Part shown: positions 48,227-60,300 of the stretch, in pieces
How positions within the stretch are numbered: position 1 is the stretch's first letter
Layout of the letters: each line of letters starts with the position of its first letter
Assembly: GCA_963797095.1 (NCBI GenBank)
Contig: CAWCNY010000004.1
Location: 352,001-416,000 of the forward strand
Direction: 5' to 3'
DNA length: 64,000 bases
DNA from: an uncultured Chloroflexia bacterium
Lineage (GTDB): Bacteria; Chloroflexota; Chloroflexia; QHBQ01; JADMIH01
The notes under the pieces: generated by a model
Told to the model about the DNA's origin: nothing
Seen by the model: only the letters and a program-made list of their open reading frames with translations
The model's database searches: none
Program-made: the position numbers and the translations under genes

Positions 48227-49495
48227 TTGTTGTCTACCTGGTTCAACATCAGCATAGCCCTGGTGGTCTTCATGGGCCTGGCGAGCGGAGGAATGTTCAG
48301 CCTCGTGCTGATGTCCAACCGCAAGCAACAGGCACCGTTCACCATAATCTTCGGCCTCATGCTCCTCATTGCTGTGCTTGGGGCAGTAGGCTCGGTCAGC
48401 ATAATCCACGACCTCACCGGCGGCCTTGCCAACTCGGTTGTGCTGTTGGTCCTCGCCTGCACCCTGGGATACGCCCTCACTACTTTCTCGGTACTCTCCG
48501 CTGGCAGGAGCAAGCCGTCCCTCGACCCAACCAATCTCCCTGTCGCGGGCAATGGCACCGAGCGCACAGACGTTATTCTGCTCGCGCCCGGCGAGCCGCC
48601 TGAGTACAATACCCGCCACGCTGCCCGGCGTCTTGAGTTGGCCGACGACCAGCAGGACGTGCCACCTCTCTTACTTCGCCCGTTCTACATGCGCGACATC
48701 AAATCGAAGTACCAGTCTATCGGTGTAAGCCCATACAGAGAATCCCACATTGAACTCGCGCGCAAGGTTCAATCGAGGCTTGACCAGACCCATCATGTGT
48801 CGGTTGCCTTCTATTCGGACCAGCCTTCGCTAGCTGCTGCTTTCGTTGAAGGCTTGCAGGGAGGGTCCCGCCATATCGTGATCGCGCACGTGCGTGTAAC
48901 AGACCCACCAGATGCGGTGTTGACAGGCGACCTCTACGAGGGAGTCGACCCGGTGCGATATGGCGCGACGCTTCACCACGCCGAACCGCTATGGGACTCG
49001 CAGCTATTGCCTCAAATCTATGTGCGCCGCATTATCGAGGCGCTGCCGCATATCGGAGCGGATACCGCCGACGTGGGATTGCTTTTGGTAGGGCGTGGGC
49101 ATATACAAACAGGCGAGTCGTCGGTAACGCGCTATATCCAGGAGTCGAACTATCTGCGGCGCGTGCGCGATGCGCTCTTGCGCCTTGGGTTCGACGAGAA
49201 CAGTATGGCTGTGGGGTGGCTGAGACATAACCCAACGGTTAGCGAGAGCCTCCAAACTCTGATTTCCGCGGGCGCAAAAATGGTTTATTGCCTTCCTGCT
49301 TCGTTCCCCGCCGACGGTATCAACACACTCTTCGACATCCGAGCGCAGGTAGATTCGATCGTGGCCGCCAACCGTATCAAGTTCGTGTCGCTCGGAGCCT
49401 GGAACGCCGACGATCTGGCGGCAGAAGAGATCGCCGCTTATGTGCGTGCGGCATCTCCGGCATTCGCTCCCGCCAAGCTTACCTCGCGAGTATGA
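48227..49495 (+). CDS. Membrane-anchored class II chelatase-fold (ferrochelatase/CbiX-like) protein
   Basis: Three N-terminal TM helices; LLAPGEP, KYQSIGVSPY, AFYSDQPS, LLLVGRG, PASFPADGINTLFDI. Confidence 0.6.
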   Translation: MLSTWFNISIALVVFMGLASGGMFSLVLMSNRKQQAPFTIIFGLMLLIAVLGAVGSVSIIHDLTGGLANSVVLLVLACTLGYALTTFSVLSAGRSKPSLDPTNLPVAGNGTERTDVILLAPGEPPEYNTRHAARRLELADDQQDVPPLLLRPFYMRDIKSKYQSIGVSPYRESHIELARKVQSRLDQTHHVSVAFYSDQPSLAAAFVEGLQGGSRHIVIAHVRVTDPPDAVLTGDLYEGVDPVRYGATLHHAEPLWDSQLLPQIYVRRIIEALPHIGADTADVGLLLVGRGHIQTGESSVTRYIQESNYLRRVRDALLRLGFDENSMAVGWLRHNPTVSESLQTLISAGAKMVYCLPASFPADGINTLFDIRAQVDSIVAANRIKFVSLGAWNADDLAAEEIAAYVRAASPAFAPAKLTSRV

Positions 49496-49642
49496 AGGCC
49501 AGACACCGCTGCCGCTCGGCGGATTGTAGGTTCCCCTTGCGTAAGTTATAATATTGGTTGGCATTCGCAAACGTCGTTGCCGCAGATGGCAGGCGAGTAA
49601 CTACCACCTGTTTTCATAAAGCGAGGAGGAAAGGCTAGGCGC

Positions 49643-51016
49643 ATGGAGAGATGGTTCCCGAGTGGCTATGGATTCCGGCGCTGGGCGGTGGTTTTCGCGC
49701 TGGGGGTTGGCATCTTGGCTGTCGGATTGGCCATGGGCATCACCAATCTCTACAGGATGTATGTGGTCGATAATAGCGGCACCACCTTCCTCTATTTCGC
49801 CACACTCCAATCTATCGGCCATCCGTGGCGCGAGATTCTTGTAGCTATTGTCGGTGTTGGCTTGCTGGCGTGGGGGGCTGTTGGTATCAGCAAGGCCGCT
49901 CAGGCTGCCGCAGCACTCGGCAAACCGCTCGAAGTGCCGGTGCTAGCCCCCATGCGTGCCGCGCGCCGGGCGGGTGGGCCTCGCATCGTCGCCATAGGTG
50001 GCGGCACAGGCATGCCCACCCTCCTGCGTGGCCTGAAGGAACTCACTGATAACATCACCGCTGTGGTGAATGTCGTGGACGACGGCGGTTCATCCGGCAG
50101 GCTTCGGCGCGACCTGGGAATCTTGCCGCCAGGAGATTTCCGAAACAATCTGGTGGCACTCTCCGAGGTCGAGCCATTGATGACCGAGCTTTTCCAGTAC
50201 AGGTTTGAAGGTGCAGGAGAGCTTGAAGGTCATTCGTTCGGCAACCTCTTCCTCGTAGCAATGACCGGAGTCACGGGCAATTTTGAGCAGGCGATCCGCG
50301 AATCGTCACGCGTGCTTGCGGTGCGCGGCAAAGTGCTCCCCTCGTCCCTTGAAGACATAGAACTTTACGCCGAATTACAGAACGGCGACATCGTGCGAGG
50401 CGAGTCGGTAATCCCGCGCACGCCCGTGCCCCTGAAAAGGGTGTTCATGCGCCCCGCCCACGCCGCAGGCTACCCTGAAGCCCTCTCGGAGATATATAAC
50501 GCAGATATCATCGTGCTTGGGCCAGGCTCGCTATTTACCAGCATAATGCCGCCTTTGCTTGTAGAAGACATCGCACGCGCGGTGAAGAACAACCGCACGG
50601 CGGTCAAAGTGTACATTTGCAACGTCGCCACTCAGCCGGGCGAGACCGACGGTTTCGGAGTGGCCGAGCACGTTCAAGCGATCCACGATCACATCAACTC
50701 CAGGCTGTTCGACTATGTGATCTACAATTCCAACATGGAGAGCGCACGTAATATCAAGCCGGAATGGAACGTGCAGGCGGTCACACTCGCGGGAGCAGAC
50801 AAGCGCTTCCCCAGGATAGACTTCGTCCCGGCAGATGTTGTGCGCGATGATAATCCTCTGCGCCACGACCCGGCAAAACTCGCCGATGCGGTCAAAAGTC
50901 TCTATTACAATCGCGGTGGTCGCAACGGCGCTCCAGGGCGCGAAAGAGAACGGAGAAACGGCACCGATCACAAATCGGTGGTGAAGGACCAGGGATCGGT
51001 TACTCAAAGACTATGA
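49643..51016 (+). CDS. yvcK: YvcK/GlmR (UPF0052) gluconeogenesis/UDP-GlcNAc-binding factor
   Basis: IGGGTG, DDGGSSGRLR, PPGDFRN, GHSFGNL, GPGSLFTS, TQPGET, RHD. Confidence 0.93.
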   Translation: MERWFPSGYGFRRWAVVFALGVGILAVGLAMGITNLYRMYVVDNSGTTFLYFATLQSIGHPWREILVAIVGVGLLAWGAVGISKAAQAAAALGKPLEVPVLAPMRAARRAGGPRIVAIGGGTGMPTLLRGLKELTDNITAVVNVVDDGGSSGRLRRDLGILPPGDFRNNLVALSEVEPLMTELFQYRFEGAGELEGHSFGNLFLVAMTGVTGNFEQAIRESSRVLAVRGKVLPSSLEDIELYAELQNGDIVRGESVIPRTPVPLKRVFMRPAHAAGYPEALSEIYNADIIVLGPGSLFTSIMPPLLVEDIARAVKNNRTAVKVYICNVATQPGETDGFGVAEHVQAIHDHINSRLFDYVIYNSNMESARNIKPEWNVQAVTLAGADKRFPRIDFVPADVVRDDNPLRHDPAKLADAVKSLYYNRGGRNGAPGRERERRNGTDHKSVVKDQGSVTQRL

Positions 51017-51037
51017 TCGCCGGTCGCCGATGCATAA

Positions 51038-52072
<1,035 letters not shown>

Positions 52073-52102
52073 TTGAAAGTCAATGATCGGTAACCGGTTG
52101 CA

Positions 52103-52178
52103 GAAACCTGGAACTTGAAACTTGAAACCGTAACCCTCCATCTCCCCCGACTACCGATCACCAACTTCCAACTACCCG
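52103..52178 (+). repeat. Degenerate heptamer arrays between gap and pgk
   Basis: gaaacctggaacttgaaacttgaaacc and ccgactaccgatcaccaacttccaactacc. Confidence 0.55.
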
Positions 52179-52185
52179 CAAAACT

Positions 52186-53403
52186 ATGGACAAAATGACT
52201 CTACGCGACGTGGATGTCGCGGGCAAAAAGGTGCTGGTGCGGGTGGACTTCAATGTGCCGCTCGATGAGAACGGCGCGATCACAGATGATACACGCATTC
52301 GTGCCTCGCTGCCAACCATCCAATATTTACTTGAACAAGGAGCAGCGGTAATCCTGATGTCGCACCTGGGCCGTCCGAAGGGTGGTCCCAATCCGAAATA
52401 CAGCCTCGCGCCGACCGCCGTGCGGCTTTCTGAAATGCTTGGTGGCAATATTCCCGTCGAAATGGCCCACGATTGCACCGGACCGGAAGTGAGAGAACAG
52501 GCTTATAACCTGAAACCGGGAGAGATACTTATACTCGAAAATCTCCGGTTCCACTCGGAAGAGGAAGCCAACGACGGTGATTTCGCCCGGCAACTTGCGG
52601 ACCTCGCGGAAATCTATGTAAACGATGCATTTGGGTCTGCCCACCGGGCGCACGCCTCAACCGAAGGTGTGGCCCACTACCTGCCCGCAGTGGCCGGCTT
52701 CCTGATGGAGCGTGAGATCGGCGTTATGGGCGACGCTTTGGAGAACCCGAAGCGCCCATTCGTCGCCATTCTCGGTGGCGCTAAGGTCTCGGATAAGATG
52801 GGCGTGATAGGCAATCTGCTCGGCAAAGTTGATAGCTTAATCATCGGCGGCGGCATGGCAAACACCTTCCTGAAAGCACTTGATGTCGAAATAGGTGCTT
52901 CGCTCGTGGAGAACGATCGGTTGAAGGATGCTGAGGAATTGGCCGGTCTGGCAGGCTTGCGAGGCGTTGCCCTTCTGTTACCCTCGGACGTAGTAATAGC
53001 GGATAGCTTCAGCGCCACTGCCGACCACAAGGTAGTGGACGCACACAACGTGCCTGAAAGCGGTGGCGCTGAAGGCTGGCGTATTATGGACATCGGGCCT
53101 GACTCTTCCTCACGATATGGCGAGGTAATCCGAGCAGCGAAAACGGTGGTCTGGAATGGCCCGATGGGTGTGTTCGAAATGGAGCCGTTTTCGCATGGTA
53201 CGCTGGCCGTTGCCCAGGCCGTATGCGATGCGACGGAAGCAGGCGCGACCAGCATAGTAGGTGGTGGCGACTCTGTTGCTGCCATCGACAAGATGGGACT
53301 TGCCGACAAAATTACCCACATCTCGACAGGCGGCGGAGCGTCGCTGGAGTTCCTCGAAGGGCGCGAGCTGCCCGGCGTGGCCGCGCTCAACAAGAAAGAA
53401 TAG
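52186..53403 (+). CDS. pgk: Phosphoglycerate kinase
   Basis: [44 protein letters not shown]. Confidence 0.98.
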   Translation: MDKMTLRDVDVAGKKVLVRVDFNVPLDENGAITDDTRIRASLPTIQYLLEQGAAVILMSHLGRPKGGPNPKYSLAPTAVRLSEMLGGNIPVEMAHDCTGPEVREQAYNLKPGEILILENLRFHSEEEANDGDFARQLADLAEIYVNDAFGSAHRAHASTEGVAHYLPAVAGFLMEREIGVMGDALENPKRPFVAILGGAKVSDKMGVIGNLLGKVDSLIIGGGMANTFLKALDVEIGASLVENDRLKDAEELAGLAGLRGVALLLPSDVVIADSFSATADHKVVDAHNVPESGGAEGWRIMDIGPDSSSRYGEVIRAAKTVVWNGPMGVFEMEPFSHGTLAVAQAVCDATEAGATSIVGGGDSVAAIDKMGLADKITHISTGGGASLEFLEGRELPGVAALNKKE

Positions 53404-53479
53404 GTGGGATGGTATAATAACGAATAGAGTACGACAAGCCGCGGCATGATCAAGCCCAAAGGAAGGATAGAACGCAGTA

Positions 53480-54286
53480 ATGAGCAAACAAAATATGACC
53501 AAAGGTGGCGCGCCACCGCGCAAAACCGGAAACAATCCGGCCCAAACGCGGAACAAGCAGGGTAGTTACTCTGCATCATCGAAGGGCGCTACGTCAGGCA
53601 CATCGACGAACCGGCCAGCCAATGGCGCATATACTAACCGGGCAGGAGCACAGGCACGGCCCCGAGCCGTTCAAGCCAAATCGAAAGGCGGTTTCCGCCT
53701 GCGCCCGCTCGATATTGCTCTTATTCTCGCGGGCGTTCTCATAGTGGGCTTCATTGTCTTTAGCGCGTTCCAGGTCCCACCCGTCCAGGTGGACGCCGGC
53801 GCGGGCGTGTCGTCAGATGCCACACACGTGCCTGTAGGTCAGGTCGCTCCCGACTTTACTGTGCAGAACATAGATGGCAGCAACTATACTCTCAGCGAGC
53901 ACAACGGCGATGTGAGAGTCCTCGAATTCATGGCGACGTGGTGCCCTCACTGCCAGGAAGAGACGCCTGTCTACAACCAAATTTATGACACCTATGTAAG
54001 CACGGGTAAGCCCGTGGAGATGATGGGGATCAACGCCACACCGAGAGGGCATGACAACACAAGCCCCGCCACCGTGGACGACCTCAAGTGGTTCCGCGAC
54101 AACATGGGTGCGAAATACCCGCTCATGTTTGACAAGGCGCTGGCATCTGCTCAGGCATATGGGGTGCTTTCCTATCCGTCCGTCTATATCGTTGACCAGA
54201 ACGGAAAGGTCGCATTCGAGCCACCGACTGACTCGCTGCCCACTTACGACCAGCTGGCGGCCAAAATCGACGAACTGTTGAAGTAA
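53480..54286 (+). CDS. Membrane-anchored TlpA/ResA-like thioredoxin
   Basis: TM helix; APDF, FMATWCPHC, YGVLSYP. Confidence 0.88.
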   Translation: MSKQNMTKGGAPPRKTGNNPAQTRNKQGSYSASSKGATSGTSTNRPANGAYTNRAGAQARPRAVQAKSKGGFRLRPLDIALILAGVLIVGFIVFSAFQVPPVQVDAGAGVSSDATHVPVGQVAPDFTVQNIDGSNYTLSEHNGDVRVLEFMATWCPHCQEETPVYNQIYDTYVSTGKPVEMMGINATPRGHDNTSPATVDDLKWFRDNMGAKYPLMFDKALASAQAYGVLSYPSVYIVDQNGKVAFEPPTDSLPTYDQLAAKIDELLK

Positions 54287-54331
54287 CTTGTGCAGGGGCG
54301 AAGCGTGCTTCGTCCCTTCTTTGGACCCAAC

Positions 54332-54952
54332 ATGGCAAATATCACCACACACGACGAAGCCTGGGATCCCGATCAGGCCGGCGAACAGGCGCTCGCAACC
54401 GGTTCGACTTGGGACCGAATACGCGACTTCCTGACAGGCCCCTACCCGACTCTCATATCACGGTTGGTTTTGGGCAGCATTTTGCTGTTGGCAGGTATCA
54501 CCAAGTTGGGCGTGCCCGAAACAATGAGACAGAGCATCCTGGCCTATGAGATACCCTTGCCCGATTTTCTGGTAAGCGCGATGTCCGTCGGCATGCCTAT
54601 TTTGGAAGTGGGCCTGGGGGCATGGCTGCTGCTGGGGCTGTTTACCCGCTTTTCAGGGGCAGCAAGCGCGGTGTTCATGGCTATCTTCACAATCGCCATC
54701 ACATCAGCATGGCTGCGCGGCCTCGATATTAGCTGCGGCTGCTTCGGCGGCGCACAAGCTAACGGACTTGGGCTTGCTCTGCTCAAGGCCCTCGGCCCGA
54801 TTGGGGATTACCTGGCTAACGAAAAGGCCAACCTCGAAACAATCCTGCGTGATGTCGTGCTCACGCTGATGGGCGTGCACCTTGTTTTCGTGCCCACCAT
54901 CTTCAGCCTGGACCGGCTGCGTCAGCGCGCCGCCGAACAAGAAGAAGAATAG
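54332..54952 (+). CDS. MauE/DoxX family redox-associated membrane protein
   Basis: AGITK, PILEV, ISCGCFG, RD. Confidence 0.88.
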   Translation: MANITTHDEAWDPDQAGEQALATGSTWDRIRDFLTGPYPTLISRLVLGSILLLAGITKLGVPETMRQSILAYEIPLPDFLVSAMSVGMPILEVGLGAWLLLGLFTRFSGAASAVFMAIFTIAITSAWLRGLDISCGCFGGAQANGLGLALLKALGPIGDYLANEKANLETILRDVVLTLMGVHLVFVPTIFSLDRLRQRAAEQEEE

Positions 54953-55003
54953 GCTGACGGCTTCCCACGTAGACAACACTCACCCTGCAACTGACAACCA
55001 ACC

Positions 55004-55777
55004 ATGAGAAGACCCATAATCGCCGGCAACTGGAAGATGAACAAGGACCCGGACGAAGCCTTCGAGTTAATGGACGATATGCTCGAAGACCTCGATGTAA
55101 TAGAGGGGGTGGATGTTGTGATCTGCCCACCCTTCCCATCGATTGAAACCTTCGCCGATTTGTTCGATGGCACTACCCTCTTTTTGGGTGCGCAGAACAT
55201 GTTTTGGCACGATAAAGGCGCATACACCGGCGAGGTGTCGCCGCTCATGCTCAAGGGTAGATGCGATTACGTGATCCTTGGACATTCGGAGCGCCGACAG
55301 TACTTCCACGAAACCGATGAAGACGTGCGTAAGAAGGTAGACGCCGCCCTTCGACACGCTCTCGCGCCGATAATCTGCATAGGCGAGAACCTGGAGCAGA
55401 ACGAGGCAGGCGAGACTCTGAGCGTGATCGAGCGTCAGGTGACCGCCGCGTTCGATGGCCTCACAATGGAGGATGCGCTGAAATGCGTTATCGCTTACGA
55501 GCCGATTTGGGCGATCGGTACGGGACGCCCCGCCACCGGCGAAGGTGCCAATATGGTGGCAGCCGAGATCAGGCGGCTAGTCGGCGAGATGCACGGCTCT
55601 ACGGTAGCCGATGAGCTTCGGATTCAATACGGGGGCAGCGTGAACGCGACTAATATAGCGGAGTTCGTATCTCAACCCGAGATCGACGGGGCGCTGGTGG
55701 GCGGCGCATCCCTGGACCCAGAGCAGTTCGTGCGCATCGTAGCCACCACACAAGATGTCTATCGCAAGATAACCTGA
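55004..55777 (+). CDS. tpiA: Triosephosphate isomerase
   Basis: AGNWKMN, GHSERR, AYEPIWAIGTG, YGGSV, LVGGASL. Confidence 0.98.
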   Translation: MRRPIIAGNWKMNKDPDEAFELMDDMLEDLDVIEGVDVVICPPFPSIETFADLFDGTTLFLGAQNMFWHDKGAYTGEVSPLMLKGRCDYVILGHSERRQYFHETDEDVRKKVDAALRHALAPIICIGENLEQNEAGETLSVIERQVTAAFDGLTMEDALKCVIAYEPIWAIGTGRPATGEGANMVAAEIRRLVGEMHGSTVADELRIQYGGSVNATNIAEFVSQPEIDGALVGGASLDPEQFVRIVATTQDVYRKIT

Positions 55778-56004
55778 TCTCGCCAATTCTCATTGATAAT
55801 CGCGCGCCTGACCGCTTGTTCGGCACCCTGACTCCACGTCATTTGCTGTATAATTCAGGTGAATCAAGTATATTTGCAACCCCTGATGCGAGAGGGGCAA
55901 GCGGCATCATCCTCACTACTTGGCATTCGCACCAACGGTCATACAGCAGCGTCCGGCTTACCCCTCCCACCGCAGGTGGCTGCCCACCATCGGAGGGCAA
56001 AAGC

Positions 56005-57360
56005 ATGGCTCGAACACATATTGTTGGCAAGCAAACACATGCCGGACCCATAGCAGATCGGTCACCCGGCATTGCACGCGCCCTTATAAGAGACTTATTT
56101 GGCCCCACAACCCAACGGCATTTCAACGTGCGCTACTGGGACGGCACAGTTGAACGAGGCGGCGAAGACAACACACCACGATTTACGCTCATTTTGAAGC
56201 GGCCCGAAGCCTTGCGACGGATGCTGCTGCCGCCCAGCCAGCTAGCCATAGGTGAAGCCTACCTGCGTGACCATTTCGACATCGAAGGGAGCATGGAAGA
56301 AGCCGTCGCAACTGCCGACCGCCTCGCAGAGCGATTAGGGTCTCCATTGGCATTGGCGCGGGTAGCAGCAAGAGTCCTGGCGCTACCGGCCGGTACCCAC
56401 AAAACCGTAGCAGACCAGGCACGAGGAGAGGTGCATCTGGAAGGCGGCTTGCACAGCCGGAAGCGTGACGCAGCTGCGGTGCGCTATCACTATGACGTTG
56501 GCAACGACTTCTATGCGCTGTGGCTGGACAAGCAGATGGTCTACTCGTGTGCCTACTTCGACACAGGCACGGAGAGCGTCGATCAGGCGCAGGAAGCCAA
56601 ACTCGACTATATATGCCGCAAGCTAAGGCTTCAACCTGGTGAAAGGCTGCTAGACATCGGCTGCGGCTGGGGGGGCCTGGTAAGGCATGCTGCCCGTCAT
56701 TACGGTGTGAAGGCGCTGGGCATCACGCTAAGCGAACCGCAAGCAGCACTGGCCCGTCAGCGAATCGTGGGAGGCGGCCTTGAGCATGATTGCCGCGTGG
56801 AGATACGAGACTACCGAGAATTGGACGAAGCGCCATTTGACAAGATCGTGAGCGTAGGGATGGTCGAGCACGTCGGGCACGAAAAGCTGCCGCTTTACTT
56901 CAAGCAGGCGTACAAGCTGCTCAAGCCGGGCGGGTTATTCCTGAATCACGGCATAGTAACAGTGTCAAGCGGCCAACAAGGCCTGGGCGCATGGGCACGT
57001 AGCAAGTTGTGGCGCGAAGGCGAGTTCATCAGCAAGTACGTCTTCCCTGACGGCGATCTAATCCCGACTGGCCAGGTGCTAGACTATGCCGAAGATGCCG
57101 GCTTCGAGGTGCGCGATGTGGAGAGTCTGCGCGAGCACTATGCACTGACCCTACGCCACTGGGTCAGCAGATTGGAAGAGCACCACGAGGAAGCCGCCAG
57201 ACTGGTCGGCGAACCAACATACAGGGTGTGGCGTATGTATATGTCAGGCTCTGCGCACGGCTTCGCCTCCGGAAGCCTGGGAATCGTGCAATCGCTGTTG
57301 TCCAAACAAAAAGAAGGCGGAGAGTCCGGACTTCCGCTTACGAGAGCTGACTTGTATTAG
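56005..57360 (+). CDS. cfa: Cyclopropane-fatty-acyl-phospholipid synthase family methyltransferase
   Basis: HYDVGNDFY, YSCAYF, LLDIGCGWG, SVGMVEHVG, REHYALTL; RBS GGAGG before ATG 56005. Confidence 0.92.
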   Translation: MARTHIVGKQTHAGPIADRSPGIARALIRDLFGPTTQRHFNVRYWDGTVERGGEDNTPRFTLILKRPEALRRMLLPPSQLAIGEAYLRDHFDIEGSMEEAVATADRLAERLGSPLALARVAARVLALPAGTHKTVADQARGEVHLEGGLHSRKRDAAAVRYHYDVGNDFYALWLDKQMVYSCAYFDTGTESVDQAQEAKLDYICRKLRLQPGERLLDIGCGWGGLVRHAARHYGVKALGITLSEPQAALARQRIVGGGLEHDCRVEIRDYRELDEAPFDKIVSVGMVEHVGHEKLPLYFKQAYKLLKPGGLFLNHGIVTVSSGQQGLGAWARSKLWREGEFISKYVFPDGDLIPTGQVLDYAEDAGFEVRDVESLREHYALTLRHWVSRLEEHHEEAARLVGEPTYRVWRMYMSGSAHGFASGSLGIVQSLLSKQKEGGESGLPLTRADLY

Positions 57361-57383
57361 GAAGTTGGCTGATGAAGCCCATA

Positions 57384-60300
57384 TTACGGAGACTCTTCTA
57401 AACGAGAATCATTACTGGTTTCGTCTTCAGAAGCTTGCTCCCCCTTTTGCTCTTCAGCGGGTCCAAACCCCAGAGTATAAGCCATCTCCACTACCCCGCG
57501 ACGCATCATCCTATCGGCTTCCTGGAGACCGCCAAGCAGAGGGTTTTCCGGGTTCTGATGGATGAACATATCGCGGACCTGGCGCATAATATCCAGCGTC
57601 TTGTTGAAGGTCATCACGAGGTCGCCTTCGCTCATGTCCATGCTGTCGAGCAGGTCGGCCAGCGATGTACCCTTACACCAGGCACGGGCTGCCCCAAAAA
57701 AGAAAGGGTTGTAACCGGGCGTGAGGCGCAGATCCTGCCTCCGCTCGGCCTGAAAGATGGCATTTTGCAGGTCATCCAATTCTCGGCGGAGGTTGACTAT
57801 GTATCGAGGTAGCAGCAAGCGGTTCAGGAAGTCGATGTCCCTGTCATACGCAAACCACGAGAATATCTCGGCCAGGTCCTCAGGCTTAAGGCCCTCAAGA
57901 TAGTTGCCCTCAATCATCTCGGTGATCATCAATGCGTTCGAGTCGAAGATATCGGCCAATTTCCTGGCCTTGTCGGTAAGCGCACCTTTGCGGATATAGC
58001 TGAACTGCACCAGCACATTCACCAGTCCATTCAGTGTATTTTGCAGGCGTGTTTCCTCGTAGCGGCGGCTCTCCTGTAGCCTGCGCTCCGCCGCATCGCG
58101 GTCGAGCATAAGACGGGCGCGTTGTCGCCTGTACTGCCGGTGCTCCTTGCGCACCTTACAGGCATGGCAGACATGATTGCGTTCGGCCTCGGCAGCACCT
58201 TGCACCTCTCGGCGCGCTTGTTCCAGGCCGGCTTGCGCCTTTTCGGCTGCCGCTCCAACCTGCGCCGATAGATTTGCACGGTACTCAGCGATCCACTCCT
58301 CCAGATCGGGTAATTTCTCCAAAGCCGCTTTCAATTCCGCTTCAAGTGCGGCCATTTCGTCGGCGGGGAGGAGTTGATCCAATGGGACAGTGGGGGGTAC
58401 GGCCAGGGTGGTCAGCGCAGAAGGTAACGATACTGAGACCCCAGGCTCAGGCAGGTAATCTATCTGCCGGTACTCGGTCACAGGCAAGACGGATGAGCCT
58501 TGTAACTTGGGACTCCCATCTTTGGACCTTGGATTGTCCGGCGGTGCAACTTCAAGGAAAAGTCCGACCACCGCGCCGAGGCCATGACCCAGGTAGACAG
58601 CCCAACCGCGATTCGCCAGGTGCATGAGAGCGCCCTTGTGAATAGTTCTGAAGGCACGGCGAAGTTCGTCCCGCTCAGGTCTGCGCCACGGGATTCCTTC
58701 CCGCTGGGACTGGAGGTAGAGTAAGTTCTGCTCGGCTTTCTTTTCCATGCGACGCGCTTCGTCGAGCACGCGTCCTAGCTTTTCATATTCGTCCAGCAGC
58801 TCTTCGCCGTTCTCGTATCCAATCAGGCAACCTACGGGCACTTCGGCCAGCCGTTCTTCCTCCTCATCCAGGTCTTCCTCGAGGTCACGAAGTCGTCTGT
58901 TTTGCTGAAACTGCAGAAGGGATGCACGCATGACACTCAATACCCGCTCCTCAGGGGACGTTCCTGGCGATGTTTGCGCGCCAGCTATCCTTGGTTCTCC
59001 CTCAGGCAGTGCTTCGTATGTCGTGCTTCGTCCTTCGTCCAGCACCCGTGGTGTCTCCCACAGATTGAGCACTGTGTTGTAGCGCATTGTGAACGCACTC
59101 TCGACGGGGCGGAGCGGCCCCGTGGCTATGTTCAGCGCCTCGTGAAAGGTGACGAATGGCGAGTACGGGATTACAACGTGGCCCTGCTCGTCGATACCTC
59201 TGCGACCTGCCCTGCCTGCCATCTGCTGGAACTCGTTGGGCAGCAGCGGCCTCTTGCTCACACCGTCCCATTTGCTCATGCGCCCGATAACCACTGATCG
59301 CGCAGGCATATTCACACCGAGCGCGAGGGTATCGGTCGCGAATACCACCCGCATCAATGCTTCACCGAATAGCTCCTCGACCAGTTGCTTCAAGATCGGA
59401 AGTAGTCCGGCGTGATGAAAACCAAATCCACGCCTCGCCAGGTAGACCACCAGCTGCACCTGCTCAAGATGCCTATCCTCAGGTGACAGGCGCTCAAGGT
59501 AACTGGCCAATATATCGTTGATACGAGCCAGTGTGCGAGGGTCGCGCACGGCTTGCAAGCGCATCATCGCACAGACCTCGGCGGCCGCCTCACAGTCGCG
59601 GCGCGAGAACTGGAAGAAGATCGCGGGCAGCAGGTCGTCCTTCTCCAACGTTTCCACGATCTCGCGTGGGGTCGGCTCGGTACGCTCTCTGCTTATGCGC
59701 TCCTCCTCAAGTATGGGAGCGCGCCTGTTGCCCCGCAGCTGCTTCTTGCGCGTCTCGCCTCCCACATTGAAATCGACCACCTGTTGTCCCTTGGAGTTGA
59801 TTACTAGATTGAGCTTCCCGTCAAGAAAATAGTAAAGGGAGAGAGGCACCGCGCGCTTGAGGTGCGTCACAAGGTGGATGGGGCGGTGCGTCCTGCTTAT
59901 CCAATCAGCAACTTCGGGCGCATTGCTCACCGTGGCCGACAGGCACACAAGTTGGATGTAGTGCGGGCACATGATGATCAACTCTTCCCAGGTAGTACCA
60001 CGCTCAGGGTCGGCCAGGTAGTGTATCTCGTCAAAAATAATGCAGCCCACATCCCAAAGCTCAGAGGGGGTTTGCAGGAGCATATTGCGCAGCACCTCGG
60101 TGGTCATAACCATGATCTGGCCGTGGCGGTTCTCGATGATGTCACCTGTGAGCAGGCCCACGCGATCGGCCCCGTACTGGTCGCGCAAGTCGCGGAACTT
60201 CTGATTGGAGAGTGCCTTGATGGGCGTGGTATACATCACCCGCAATCCCTTCTGGGCCATCCTGAACACCCCGAACTCGGCCACCACGGTCTTGCCCGTG

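Noticed and set aside
47202-49642. oriC or dif site at the skew change
   Set aside because: No TTATCCACA cluster or convincing dif consensus found by eye.
55855-56004. Ribozyme or riboswitch in the cfa leader
   Set aside because: Only a short hairpin containing CTGATG; no complete hammerhead or fluoride riboswitch consensus.
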